64,000 bases of DNA from an uncultured Ohtaekwangia sp. GTDB lineage: Bacteria > Bacteroidota > Bacteroidia > Cytophagales > Cyclobacteriaceae. Positions 35,738 through 43,792 of the stretch are shown here, piece after piece. Numbering within the stretch: position 1 is the first letter of the stretch; each line of letters begins with the position of its first letter. The position numbers and the translations under genes were made by a program. The DNA lies in the NCBI GenBank assembly GCA_964436055.1, contig CAYTBO010000003.1, forward strand, positions 537 through 64,536. The letters run 5' to 3'. The notes beneath the pieces were generated by a model. It did not search any database and had not been told where the DNA came from. It saw only the letters and a program-made list of their open reading frames with translations.

Positions 35738-35890
35738 CTACAAGACCGTATATCCTGGCTGAAAATAAATGGAAGACTGTTAAGGAGGCATCTTTTCAGG
35801 TCTTAATCGAACTGGAAATCAGAGAAGTGTATCCAGGAATCAAATGGAATGACAGAAATTCAATTTGACGGTATTTGGCAATGGATATGA
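35734..35890 (+). pseudogene. Chimeric remnant: creatininase-family N-terminus fused to the C-terminus of another gene
   Basis: ATGA overlap with the upstream stop; MTTRPYILAENKWKTVKEASFQV then LIELEIREVYPGIKWND (stop 35866-35868); shifted frame continues TEIQFDGIWQWI*. Confidence 0.6.
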
Positions 35891-36708
35891 ATGTAATGGA
35901 TCAAATTAATGAAGCTTCCCAATTTATTCAAGCTAAATTTGGCAAAACTCCAGATATAGGGATAATCCTCGGAACGGGATTGGGAACCCAATTCACGCAG
36001 CAAATAATAAACCCAGTTGAAATTGACTATGGTTCCATTCCTCACTTTCCTGTTTCTACAGTTGAATTTCACAAAGGCAAACTCGTATGCGGAGATTTGA
36101 ATGGAAAAAATGTGATTGCCATGAATGGCCGATTTCATTTCTATGAAGGCTACTCGATGCAGCAAATTACTTTTCCTGTAAGGGTGATGAAAATGCTAGG
36201 CATCAAATACCTGCTGATCTCCAATGCTGCTGGTAACATGAATTTGAAGTGGAAGAAAGGTCAACTGATGCTTATTACCGACCACATCAATCTGCAGCCA
36301 GACAATCCACTAAGAGGAAAGAATGTGGATGACCAAGGTCCCCGTTGGCCGGATATGAGTCAACCTTATTCTGAAGAGTTAAATCAAAAACTGGCTTCCA
36401 TTGCTCACCGGAAGGGAATAACTCTCAACCGCGGTGTATACGTTTGCGTCATGGGGCCAAATCTGGAAACCCGTGCGGAATATCGTTTCCTGCGGCAGAT
36501 TGGAGCGGATGTCGTGGGTATGTCCACAGTACCTGAAGTTATCGTGGCCAACCATGTTTCTCTGCCTTGTTGTGCCATATCGGTCCTCACCGATGATTGT
36601 GATCCGGACAATCTGAAACCGGCAAACATTGAAGAAATCATTGCGATTGCCGGAAAGGCGGAGGAGAAACTGACCGCGTTATTTGTAGAATTGATTCGCG
36701 TTCTTTAA
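35875..36708 (+). CDS. punA: Purine-nucleoside phosphorylase (trimeric PNP type)
   Basis: IILGTGLG, GRFHFYEGY, SNAAG, GPNLET.AE and VGMSTVPE motifs; true start may be one of the nearby ATGs. Confidence 0.93.
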   Translation: MAMDMNVMDQINEASQFIQAKFGKTPDIGIILGTGLGTQFTQQIINPVEIDYGSIPHFPVSTVEFHKGKLVCGDLNGKNVIAMNGRFHFYEGYSMQQITFPVRVMKMLGIKYLLISNAAGNMNLKWKKGQLMLITDHINLQPDNPLRGKNVDDQGPRWPDMSQPYSEELNQKLASIAHRKGITLNRGVYVCVMGPNLETRAEYRFLRQIGADVVGMSTVPEVIVANHVSLPCCAISVLTDDCDPDNLKPANIEEIIAIAGKAEEKLTALFVELIRVL

Positions 36709-36768
36709 AGACGAGAATTTCCAGGCAGGAGCCGAGTATGCGTTGAGTCATCCTCAAGCGTAAGCATC

Positions 36769-36807
36769 AATGGACAAATATGCATTACAAATGCATATTT
36801 GCCCATT
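36769..36807. repeat. 18-bp inverted repeat
   Basis: AATGGACAAATATGCATT-ACA-AATGCATATTTGCCCATT, one mismatch, between convergent punA and DUF1287 genes. Confidence 0.75.
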
Positions 36808-36966
36808 TGTGAATTCTTGGGCAATCCCTTTCAAGGCTACCAGCGTCTCATGTCAATAAATCCTCCAATTCATGCAATCATAAAGAATTCAATTTGAAGC
36901 AGTCCGGCACCATTGAACTTTCCTTTCTTCAGCTCGGGTGAGGTTGGCGAGAAACTAAAGTGGTAT

Positions 36967-37575
36967 TTATTTTATAAATGAATAATGCCCTATCACTTTA
37001 AATTCAAATAGACAATCAGAAATTTCCTGCCCTCTGCCAATGTTGTGAACAACAAGGGGACGTTTGCCATCGGCTGATCGCTGATCAACTAAAATTCCAA
37101 TATGCGTAGTGCCACCACCCAGATCCCAGGCAACAATATCACCGGCCTTATAATCGGAGGGGTTTAGAGATTTCATTTTCACAATTCCGTGCCTGCTGAA
37201 AAATGCCATCAGGTTGGGTACTCTTCGATGATCAATGTTTTTATCTGTTTTGGTTAGGCCCCAGTGATTTGGATAGCGTGAGAAATTCTTCACCATATCT
37301 TCATGTACTTCTTTTTGCAAATCGACACCTAATTTTCTGTAAGCACGTATTACTACATCGGTACATACACCTCGGTCAGGTGGGACGTCACCATTGGGAT
37401 AGGGAATGCTGAAGTAAGCAGGATCATATTTTACTTCTTGCTTTGTGAGGTCAATGGCAGCTACCGAAAGGTTAGTTGAAAACGGATCCTGCGCAAAGCC
37501 GTCACCGATTGCAAAAAAGGCGACCAGGCAGAGCACCGGTTGAAAAACGTTACTCTTGTTTATAGATGATGCCAT
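36967..37575 (-). CDS. DUF1287 (YijF-like) exported protein
   Basis: YPNGDVP..GVCTDVVIRAYR, DKNIDHRRVPNL and HIGI..HNIG motifs; start uncertain. Confidence 0.9.
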   Translation of the reverse strand: MASSINKSNVFQPVLCLVAFFAIGDGFAQDPFSTNLSVAAIDLTKQEVKYDPAYFSIPYPNGDVPPDRGVCTDVVIRAYRKLGVDLQKEVHEDMVKNFSRYPNHWGLTKTDKNIDHRRVPNLMAFFSRHGIVKMKSLNPSDYKAGDIVAWDLGGGTTHIGILVDQRSADGKRPLVVHNIGRGQEISDCLFEFKVIGHYSFIK

Positions 37576-37796
37576 CTTTCATTACAAAGGTTACTTTTTT
37601 GAATTCATCTATGTTCTTTTGAGGATCATCTTCAATAGCAATGATATCTGCCATAAATCCAGGCTTGATTTCCCACAGCTTTTCCAACTGTAATGTGCGG
37701 GCATTCACAAAAGTCACGGATTTTAGTATGGAAAGTTCATCCATGCCGTAGCTTCAACTCTATCGCGTTATCACCATGGGGATAAACTTTAGCCAT
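37550..37796 (-). pseudogene. Amidohydrolase-family C-terminal remnant, frameshifted
   Basis: VYPHGDNAIELKL in one frame, then YGMDELSILKSVTFVNA...IKPGFMADIIAIEDDP..I..VTFVMKDGIIYK in the next; the N-terminal majority is absent. Confidence 0.75.
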
Positions 37797-37817
37797 GTTT
37801 CGTGTCCTCACGAAACA
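37796..37817. repeat. REP-like hairpin
   Basis: TGTTTCGTG-TCCT-CACGAAACA perfect 9-bp stem abutting the amidohydrolase remnant. Confidence 0.75.
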
Positions 37818-37832
37818 CCGCAAGGGATTTTT

Positions 37833-37927
37833 ACCACAGAGAAATCACTAAGGAATGCATACGGAGATACACTGAGGTTTATTCTAACTTTGTGATTTCT
37901 CAGTGACTTCTTTGAGGTTCTTGGTGG
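37833..37927. repeat. Miniature inverted-repeat element built from CACnGAG / CTCnGTG heptamers
   Basis: Left CACAGAG, CACTAAG, TACGGAG, CACTGAG; right CTTTGTG, CTCAGTG, CTTTGAG, CTTGGTG; spacing 10-14 nt; GAGAAATCAC/GTGATTTCTC perfect inverted pair. Confidence 0.75.
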
Positions 37928-37944
37928 AATAACTGTCGCTTTTT

Positions 37945-38442
37945 TTACAATGCTTTCAAGGCAGCATCGTAGTTGGGCTCCTGTCCGATAGCAGGCACTA
38001 TTTCAGTGTGTTTTACCTTCCCCTGTTCATCGATCACTACAATCGAGCGGGCTAATAAGCCATTCATTCCGCCATCTGCCATCTCCATTCCATAATCTTT
38101 TGAAAACCCCCCGTTTTTGAAATCGGATAGCGTAACCACGTTGTCTATTCCCTCAGCTCCGCAAAATCTCCGGAACGCGAATGGCAGATCTTTGGAAATG
38201 CAGAGCACTGCGGTGTTGTCCAGACCGCTTGCTCTCTTATTGAACTCACGTACTGACGTAGCACACACGCCTGTATCAATACTCGGGAAAATATTCAGTA
38301 CTACTTTTTTGCCCTTGAAGTCAGCTAGTTTTACTGCTTTTAAATCGTTTCCGGTCAGAATAAAATTGGGGGCCGTTGACCCAATGTCTGGAAGATTTCC
38401 AATGGTATTAACGATGTTCTCGCCTAGTTTAGTTTGTGCCAT
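37945..38442 (-). CDS. tpx: Thiol peroxidase (atypical 2-Cys peroxiredoxin)
   Basis: LNIFPSIDTGVCATS and ISKDLPFA..RFCGAEG motifs. Confidence 0.96.
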   Translation of the reverse strand: MAQTKLGENIVNTIGNLPDIGSTAPNFILTGNDLKAVKLADFKGKKVVLNIFPSIDTGVCATSVREFNKRASGLDNTAVLCISKDLPFAFRRFCGAEGIDNVVTLSDFKNGGFSKDYGMEMADGGMNGLLARSIVVIDEQGKVKHTEIVPAIGQEPNYDAALKAL

Positions 38443-38498
38443 GAATTTTGATTTTTAGGATTTAATAGAATTTTTTAACAAGGTATCAACGGAATGGT

Positions 38499-38963
38499 TT
38501 ATCGTATGCGATCAGAATCTTTCACCAATTTTTCATCTTTTCTAATAAACCGGTTGGCAATCATATTGCTTACCATGGCAGCTACCGGCAGGAAAAGAGC
38601 CATGCCGTACTCACCGCCTTCTTGATTGGTTTTTATTAAATCGGTAGCAAAATATACCGCAGAGCCAATGCTTCCTGCCATAAACAATGAATTCAACGCA
38701 CCCAGTTTAATTTGAAGCATTCTGTTACGAAACTTACCGATTTCAAAAAATGCCAGTGTTGTGGCGGCAATCGAACAAATAGCCGTTAAACTATAGGGGA
38801 AGTAAACCGTGCTTTTGGCCCCATCCTGAACTACCGAGTAGTGAAGCGGGAATAATGACTTTTCCATTCCATCGGTATACGATCGCCAAACGGGAAAGAA
38901 AATACTAAGCAACATACAAACGCCTACAATTACCAGAAATACAGTTTGTTTCCTTTGCCACAT
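38499..38963 (-). CDS. DUF4293 family membrane protein
   Basis: MWQRKQTVFL N-terminus, F.NR..Q..L, and IRKDEKLVKDSDRIR C-terminus. Confidence 0.88.
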   Translation of the reverse strand: MWQRKQTVFLVIVGVCMLLSIFFPVWRSYTDGMEKSLFPLHYSVVQDGAKSTVYFPYSLTAICSIAATTLAFFEIGKFRNRMLQIKLGALNSLFMAGSIGSAVYFATDLIKTNQEGGEYGMALFLPVAAMVSNMIANRFIRKDEKLVKDSDRIR

Positions 38964-39034
38964 AAGGGGGTTGATATAACTTGCAGCAAAAGTAATGATT
39001 TCATCTGCTAATATTTATTTTTAAAGGTCAGATG

Positions 39035-39054
39035 CCTGCCTGCCGAAAGGCAGG
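39035..39054. repeat. REP-like CCTGCC palindrome
   Basis: CCTGCCTGCC-GAAA-GGCAGG in the divergent DUF4293/thiolase gap. Confidence 0.6.
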
Positions 39055-39171
39055 GAATTCGCATTTTGAAGCTTCCTTATCGAATAAGTCACGATTATTG
39101 ACATGCCGTTGAGTTAGCGTATTTTGCTTATTTCATGGGTTTTGAACCCAATTTTTAACTTGCAAACCAAT

Positions 39172-40374
39172 ATGAACAGCGCATACATTATTGATATCTT
39201 ACGTACGCCTATTGGAAAATATGGTGGTACGCTTGCGGCTATTCGCCCCGATGACCTTTTGGCACACGCTATAAAAAAATTGTTGGAAAGAAACCCCCTG
39301 GTGGATCCCAACAGAATTGAGGACGTGATCGCAGGAGCTGCGAATCAATCGGGAGAAGATAATAGAAATGTTGCCAGAATGGCTTTACTTCTTGCCGGGC
39401 TGCCAATAGAAACGGCTGGGACTACGGTTAACAGGTTGTGTGCTTCCGGCTTGCAGGCAATCATGGATGCATCAAGGGCAATAATGACCGGTGATGGTGA
39501 AGTGTTCATAGCTGGCGGTGTGGAGAGTATGAGCAGGGCGCCTTTTGTAATGTCAAAAGCAGTGGAGGCCTTTTCAAGAAAAGCTGAAGTATTTGACACT
39601 ACCATGGGCTGGCGATTTACAAATCCAAAACTCGCCGGTATGTACTATCCCTACACAATGGGTGAAACTGCGGAAAATGTGGCCGAGCGATGGAAAATAT
39701 CACGCGAACAGCAAGATGCTTTTGGATTGCAATCACAACAAAGGTATTTCAAAGCACAGGCAGAGGGTAAATTCAAGGAGGAATTAATTTCAATTCCGGT
39801 ACCACAGCGCAAAGGGGTGCCCATAGATTTTCACACCGACGAATATCCCCGGGAAACATCCATGGAAAAACTTGCGGCTTTAAAGCCTTCCTTTAAAGAG
39901 GTAGGTACTGTTACAGCGGGAAATTCCTCGGGGATTAATGACGGAGCAGCCGCGGCACTGATTGTGAATGATTATGCTTTAAAGAGCCTGAACGTGAAGC
40001 CGAAAGCGCGTATTGTTTCAATGGCCGTGGCCGGAGTAGATCCCGCTGTAATGGGCCTAGGTCCGATATCGGCTGTAAAAAAAGCGTTAAAGCGGGCCGC
40101 ACTCAACGTAGCTGATATTGGGTTGGTGGAACTTAACGAAGCCTTTGCATCGCAATCCATTGTCTGTATTCATGAACTTGGTTTCGATCCGGAAAGGGTC
40201 AACGTCAATGGAGGAGCAATTGCCTTAGGTCATCCATTGGGATGCAGCGGAGTGCGTATTAGCGCTACCCTTATACATGAGATGGTGAAACGAAAAACAA
40301 AATTTGGTGTGGCTACTATGTGTATCGGAGTAGGACAGGGAGCCGCAATTGTTTACGAGAATGTGGAAAGCTGA
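39172..40374 (+). CDS. Acetyl-CoA C-acyltransferase (thiolase, PaaJ/PcaF-like)
   Basis: RTPIGKYGG, NRLCASG, AGNSSGINDGA, ELNEAFA, GAIALGHPLG and CIGVGQG; preferred start MNSAY at 39172. Confidence 0.95.
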   Translation: MNSAYIIDILRTPIGKYGGTLAAIRPDDLLAHAIKKLLERNPLVDPNRIEDVIAGAANQSGEDNRNVARMALLLAGLPIETAGTTVNRLCASGLQAIMDASRAIMTGDGEVFIAGGVESMSRAPFVMSKAVEAFSRKAEVFDTTMGWRFTNPKLAGMYYPYTMGETAENVAERWKISREQQDAFGLQSQQRYFKAQAEGKFKEELISIPVPQRKGVPIDFHTDEYPRETSMEKLAALKPSFKEVGTVTAGNSSGINDGAAAALIVNDYALKSLNVKPKARIVSMAVAGVDPAVMGLGPISAVKKALKRAALNVADIGLVELNEAFASQSIVCIHELGFDPERVNVNGGAIALGHPLGCSGVRISATLIHEMVKRKTKFGVATMCIGVGQGAAIVYENVES

Positions 40375-40473
40375 GAAGAGGGAATTCAAAAATGGCAGCC
40401 TGCTACACAAGTGACCCACCCGTAAAGAAAACTAAGATGATGAATTTCCAACTCAACTTCTCAATACTGCACG

Positions 40474-41223
40474 GTGCGCTACTTTTTTGAGATAAGCTAC
40501 AACGGCACCAGCTACCACGGATGGCAGTCGCAAGCTAATGCTGTGGGTGTGCAGGATGTTGTGGAGGATGTTTTTGAGAAATTGCTCAGAAAAAAAATTG
40601 GGATAACAGGTAGTGGCAGAACGGATACCGGTGTCCATTGTGTAAGACAATATTTTCATGCAGATTTGGATAGTGAATTAACGTATCCACAAACGATCCA
40701 AAGGCTAAATTCATTTTTGCCTAAATCCATTTCTATCAATTCGATCAGAAAGGTAAGATCAGAGGCACATGCCCGTTACGATGCGCATGAAAGAGCTTAT
40801 GAGTACAGGATCACCCAAACAAAAAACCCCTTTTACAACGGATATGCTTATTATTTCTTTAAGGAGCTGAATATTGAAAACATGAATCAGGCGGCTGCGT
40901 TATTAGTCGGAAAGAATGATTTTCAGAGTTTTAGTAAAGTGAATACAGATGTAAATCATTTTGTTTGCGACCTGAAAAAGGCCAGGTGGAATCAAAAAGG
41001 TGATTTGTTGGTTTTCACCATTGTTGCAAACCGGTTTTTACGAGGAATGGTGAGAGCAATGGTTGGCAGTTTATTGGACATAGGTACGGGAAAGACTTCC
41101 CAAAAGGAGTTTCAGCGAATAATTAAAAGCAAAGACAGAAAAAAAGCCGGTATGAATGTTCCTCCCGAGGGTCTCTACCTGATGGATGTAAAATACCCCA
41201 AGAAAATATTTTTAGACCAGTAA
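40474..41223 (+). CDS. truA: tRNA pseudouridine(38-40) synthase
   Basis: GSGRTDTGVH, HARYDA, ANRFLRGMVR and PPEGLYL motifs. Confidence 0.96.
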   Translation: MRYFFEISYNGTSYHGWQSQANAVGVQDVVEDVFEKLLRKKIGITGSGRTDTGVHCVRQYFHADLDSELTYPQTIQRLNSFLPKSISINSIRKVRSEAHARYDAHERAYEYRITQTKNPFYNGYAYYFFKELNIENMNQAAALLVGKNDFQSFSKVNTDVNHFVCDLKKARWNQKGDLLVFTIVANRFLRGMVRAMVGSLLDIGTGKTSQKEFQRIIKSKDRKKAGMNVPPEGLYLMDVKYPKKIFLDQ

Positions 41224-41229
41224 TCTTTC

Positions 41230-42999
41230 GTGGATAAAGAACAGATCAGCAGCGGCAATATCATCGACTTTAAGGTTTTAAGGAGAATTCTCCAGTTTGT
41301 AAAACCCTACCGTGGAAGATTTTATTTTCTTATCCTTCTCACGGTATTGCTTGGCGTACTTATGCCGATCAGGCCTTTTCTCATCCAATATACCCTGGAT
41401 AATGACGTGGCCAATGGAGACTACTATGGTATGGTCCGCATCATGCTGTTCATTTTTGGATTGCTTATACTTCATTCCATACTTCAATACATACATACCT
41501 ATATATCCGGGCGAATCGGCCAATATGTAATTCGTGACATTCGGATCAAGTTGTACAAACACCTTATTGGCTTCCGGCTTAAGTTTTTTGACCGAACACC
41601 TATTGGCAGACTGGTAACCAGAACGATTTCTGATGTGGAGGCCCTTGCCGATGTATTTAGCGAAGGCTTGGCCGCACTTGCCGGAGACCTGCTTCAGATT
41701 GTTTTTATTCTCGTATTTATGTTTTACACAGATTGGCGATTAGCACTGGTAAGCTTGTCTACTATCCCACTCATGCTGCTGTCTACCTATATTTTTAAAG
41801 AAAAAATCAAGGTCACCTTCAATGACGTGCGCAATGCGGTAGCTAATCTCAACTCTTTCGTGCAGGAGCACCTCACCGGTATGAACATTGTTCAGATTTT
41901 TGGTAGCGAGAAGAGAGAGTTTGAAAAATTTAAAGAAATTAACAAAGAACATAGAACGGCACACCTAAAATCAGTTTTATATTATTCGGTTTATTTTCCT
42001 GTAGCTGAAATTATAGCTGCCATGGGTATAGGATTGTTGGTTTGGTATGGGGCAAAAGGTGTGATAAATCCGGAAACAGGCATTACCATAGGCACATTAA
42101 CGGCCTTTATCATGTATATCCAAATGTTTTTCAGGCCGATACGAATGATTGCTGACCGATATAATACCTTGCAAATGGGAATTGTAAGTTCATCGCGCAT
42201 TATGAATCTTTTGGACAGCGATGAACACCTAGCCAACAACGGAACCAAAACTTTGGATGAATTGAAAGGCAAAGTTGAGTTCCATCACGTTTGGTTTGCC
42301 TACAACGATGCCGATTACGTATTGAAAGATATCAGCTTTAAAATTGAACCGGGAGAAACCATTGCAATGGTTGGCGCTACGGGAGCCGGCAAATCTTCAA
42401 TAATCAATTTGCTAAACCGATTTTATGAAATTAAGAGAGGTACAATTAAAATCGATGACATCGATATTTCCGAAATCGAGTTGTCCTCGCTTCGCCAGCA
42501 TATCGGAGTAGTGCTCCAGGATGTATTTCTATTTAGTGATACAATCCGGTACAATATAACCTTGGGAAATCCTGAAGTTACAGACCGGATGATCATGGAT
42601 GCGGCTGACCTGGTGGGAGCTACAAAATTTATAGAACGCCTCCCGGGGGGACTCGAATACAATGTAATGGAGAGGGGAGCTACACTTTCCGTAGGGCAGC
42701 GACAACTCCTTTCATTCATTCGAGCGATGGTGTACGATCCGAAAATTCTTATTCTCGATGAAGCCACCAGTTCGGTGGATCACGAAACAGAAGAAATGAT
42801 ACAGGTGGCCATAGAAAAGATGATGAACAACCGAACGTCCATCGTGATTGCCCATCGGTTGTCTACAATCCAAAAAGCCAAAACAATCATCGTGTTAGAC
42901 AAGGGTGAAATTAAGGAAAAAGGCAAACATGATGACCTTTTACTACACGATGGCTATTATGCTCACCTCCATAAAATGCAATACAAAGAGGTAGTCTAG
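41230..42999 (+). CDS. ABC exporter half-transporter (MdlB-like)
   Basis: Six-TM domain plus NBD: GATGAGKS, degenerate signature LSVGQRQ, Walker B ILILDEAT, IAHRLST. Confidence 0.92.
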   Translation: MDKEQISSGNIIDFKVLRRILQFVKPYRGRFYFLILLTVLLGVLMPIRPFLIQYTLDNDVANGDYYGMVRIMLFIFGLLILHSILQYIHTYISGRIGQYVIRDIRIKLYKHLIGFRLKFFDRTPIGRLVTRTISDVEALADVFSEGLAALAGDLLQIVFILVFMFYTDWRLALVSLSTIPLMLLSTYIFKEKIKVTFNDVRNAVANLNSFVQEHLTGMNIVQIFGSEKREFEKFKEINKEHRTAHLKSVLYYSVYFPVAEIIAAMGIGLLVWYGAKGVINPETGITIGTLTAFIMYIQMFFRPIRMIADRYNTLQMGIVSSSRIMNLLDSDEHLANNGTKTLDELKGKVEFHHVWFAYNDADYVLKDISFKIEPGETIAMVGATGAGKSSIINLLNRFYEIKRGTIKIDDIDISEIELSSLRQHIGVVLQDVFLFSDTIRYNITLGNPEVTDRMIMDAADLVGATKFIERLPGGLEYNVMERGATLSVGQRQLLSFIRAMVYDPKILILDEATSSVDHETEEMIQVAIEKMMNNRTSIVIAHRLSTIQKAKTIIVLDKGEIKEKGKHDDLLLHDGYYAHLHKMQYKEVV

Positions 43000-43062
43000 C
43001 GTTTGTCTTCCAGAATGGGCGGCCTCGTAAAGCAGTAACGCAAAAGCATTATATTTGCGTTA

Positions 43063-43782
43063 ATGCCTTACAAAAAGACATTATTAACTGCGGCTTTTCT
43101 GGCTCTTGGGTTAGGTATTTGCCATGCCCAGGTGCGAAAAAGTGTTAAAAGCGCCAAGTTTAGGGTTCCAATCGTATCCAAAAGCAAGGCTCGCATCATG
43201 TGCCCTATTTTCGAAACAAGTGAGTATCCCTACCAAGGCGTTGGCCTTAAGATGGGAGACCCCTTTGCTTTAACGTATAAATTTTATCCCAACAAAAATT
43301 GGGCATTTACGGCTGATGCCGGTAGAGCCGCCAGTGGGTTATATAATAAATATTACCGCAGTTTATTTGATTCATTTCTTTCTGACTCATTAACCGAAGG
43401 GCAAACAGTAGACTATCTTGCACACAAAGCCAAAACAGATTGGTTTTTGCAAGCCAAATTTCTCTACCAATGGGATGTTTCAAAAATTTCGAAGGGCCTC
43501 CAATTTTATACAGGGCTGGGTTGGCAATGGCGAAGCACAAATATTGAATATGATTTCGCTTTCCGGGAAGTAGATGCCAATGGTTCTGAAGTCGACAGCC
43601 GGTTTGGAAAATTCGATGAATCCAGGTTTACGCATGGCCCAGTGGCCGTGCTGGGATTTGAATACTCTTATTTCACAATTCCCATTTCGGCATTCATAGA
43701 AATTGAATGGTTTACCGATACCTTATTAGACCCGGGTTATCAGCGATTCCAGGGAGGTGTTGGCTTGCGATACATTTTTTGA
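43063..43782 (+). CDS. Hypothetical outer-membrane beta-barrel protein
   Basis: Signal peptide, alternating beta-strand patterns, C-terminal GVGLRYIF. Confidence 0.7.
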   Translation: MPYKKTLLTAAFLALGLGICHAQVRKSVKSAKFRVPIVSKSKARIMCPIFETSEYPYQGVGLKMGDPFALTYKFYPNKNWAFTADAGRAASGLYNKYYRSLFDSFLSDSLTEGQTVDYLAHKAKTDWFLQAKFLYQWDVSKISKGLQFYTGLGWQWRSTNIEYDFAFREVDANGSEVDSRFGKFDESRFTHGPVAVLGFEYSYFTIPISAFIEIEWFTDTLLDPGYQRFQGGVGLRYIF

Positions 43783-43792
43783 TCCTATCTCC

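Noticed and set aside
36880-36945. Minus-strand ELKKGKFNGAGLL resembling one MORN repeat
   Set aside because: Single short match flanked by stops; chance similarity cannot be excluded.
39124-39171. N-terminal extension of the thiolase, and similar extensions at 22503, 55212 and 57446
   Set aside because: Downstream ATGs restore normal N-termini or signal peptides; extensions are ORF-caller artefacts.
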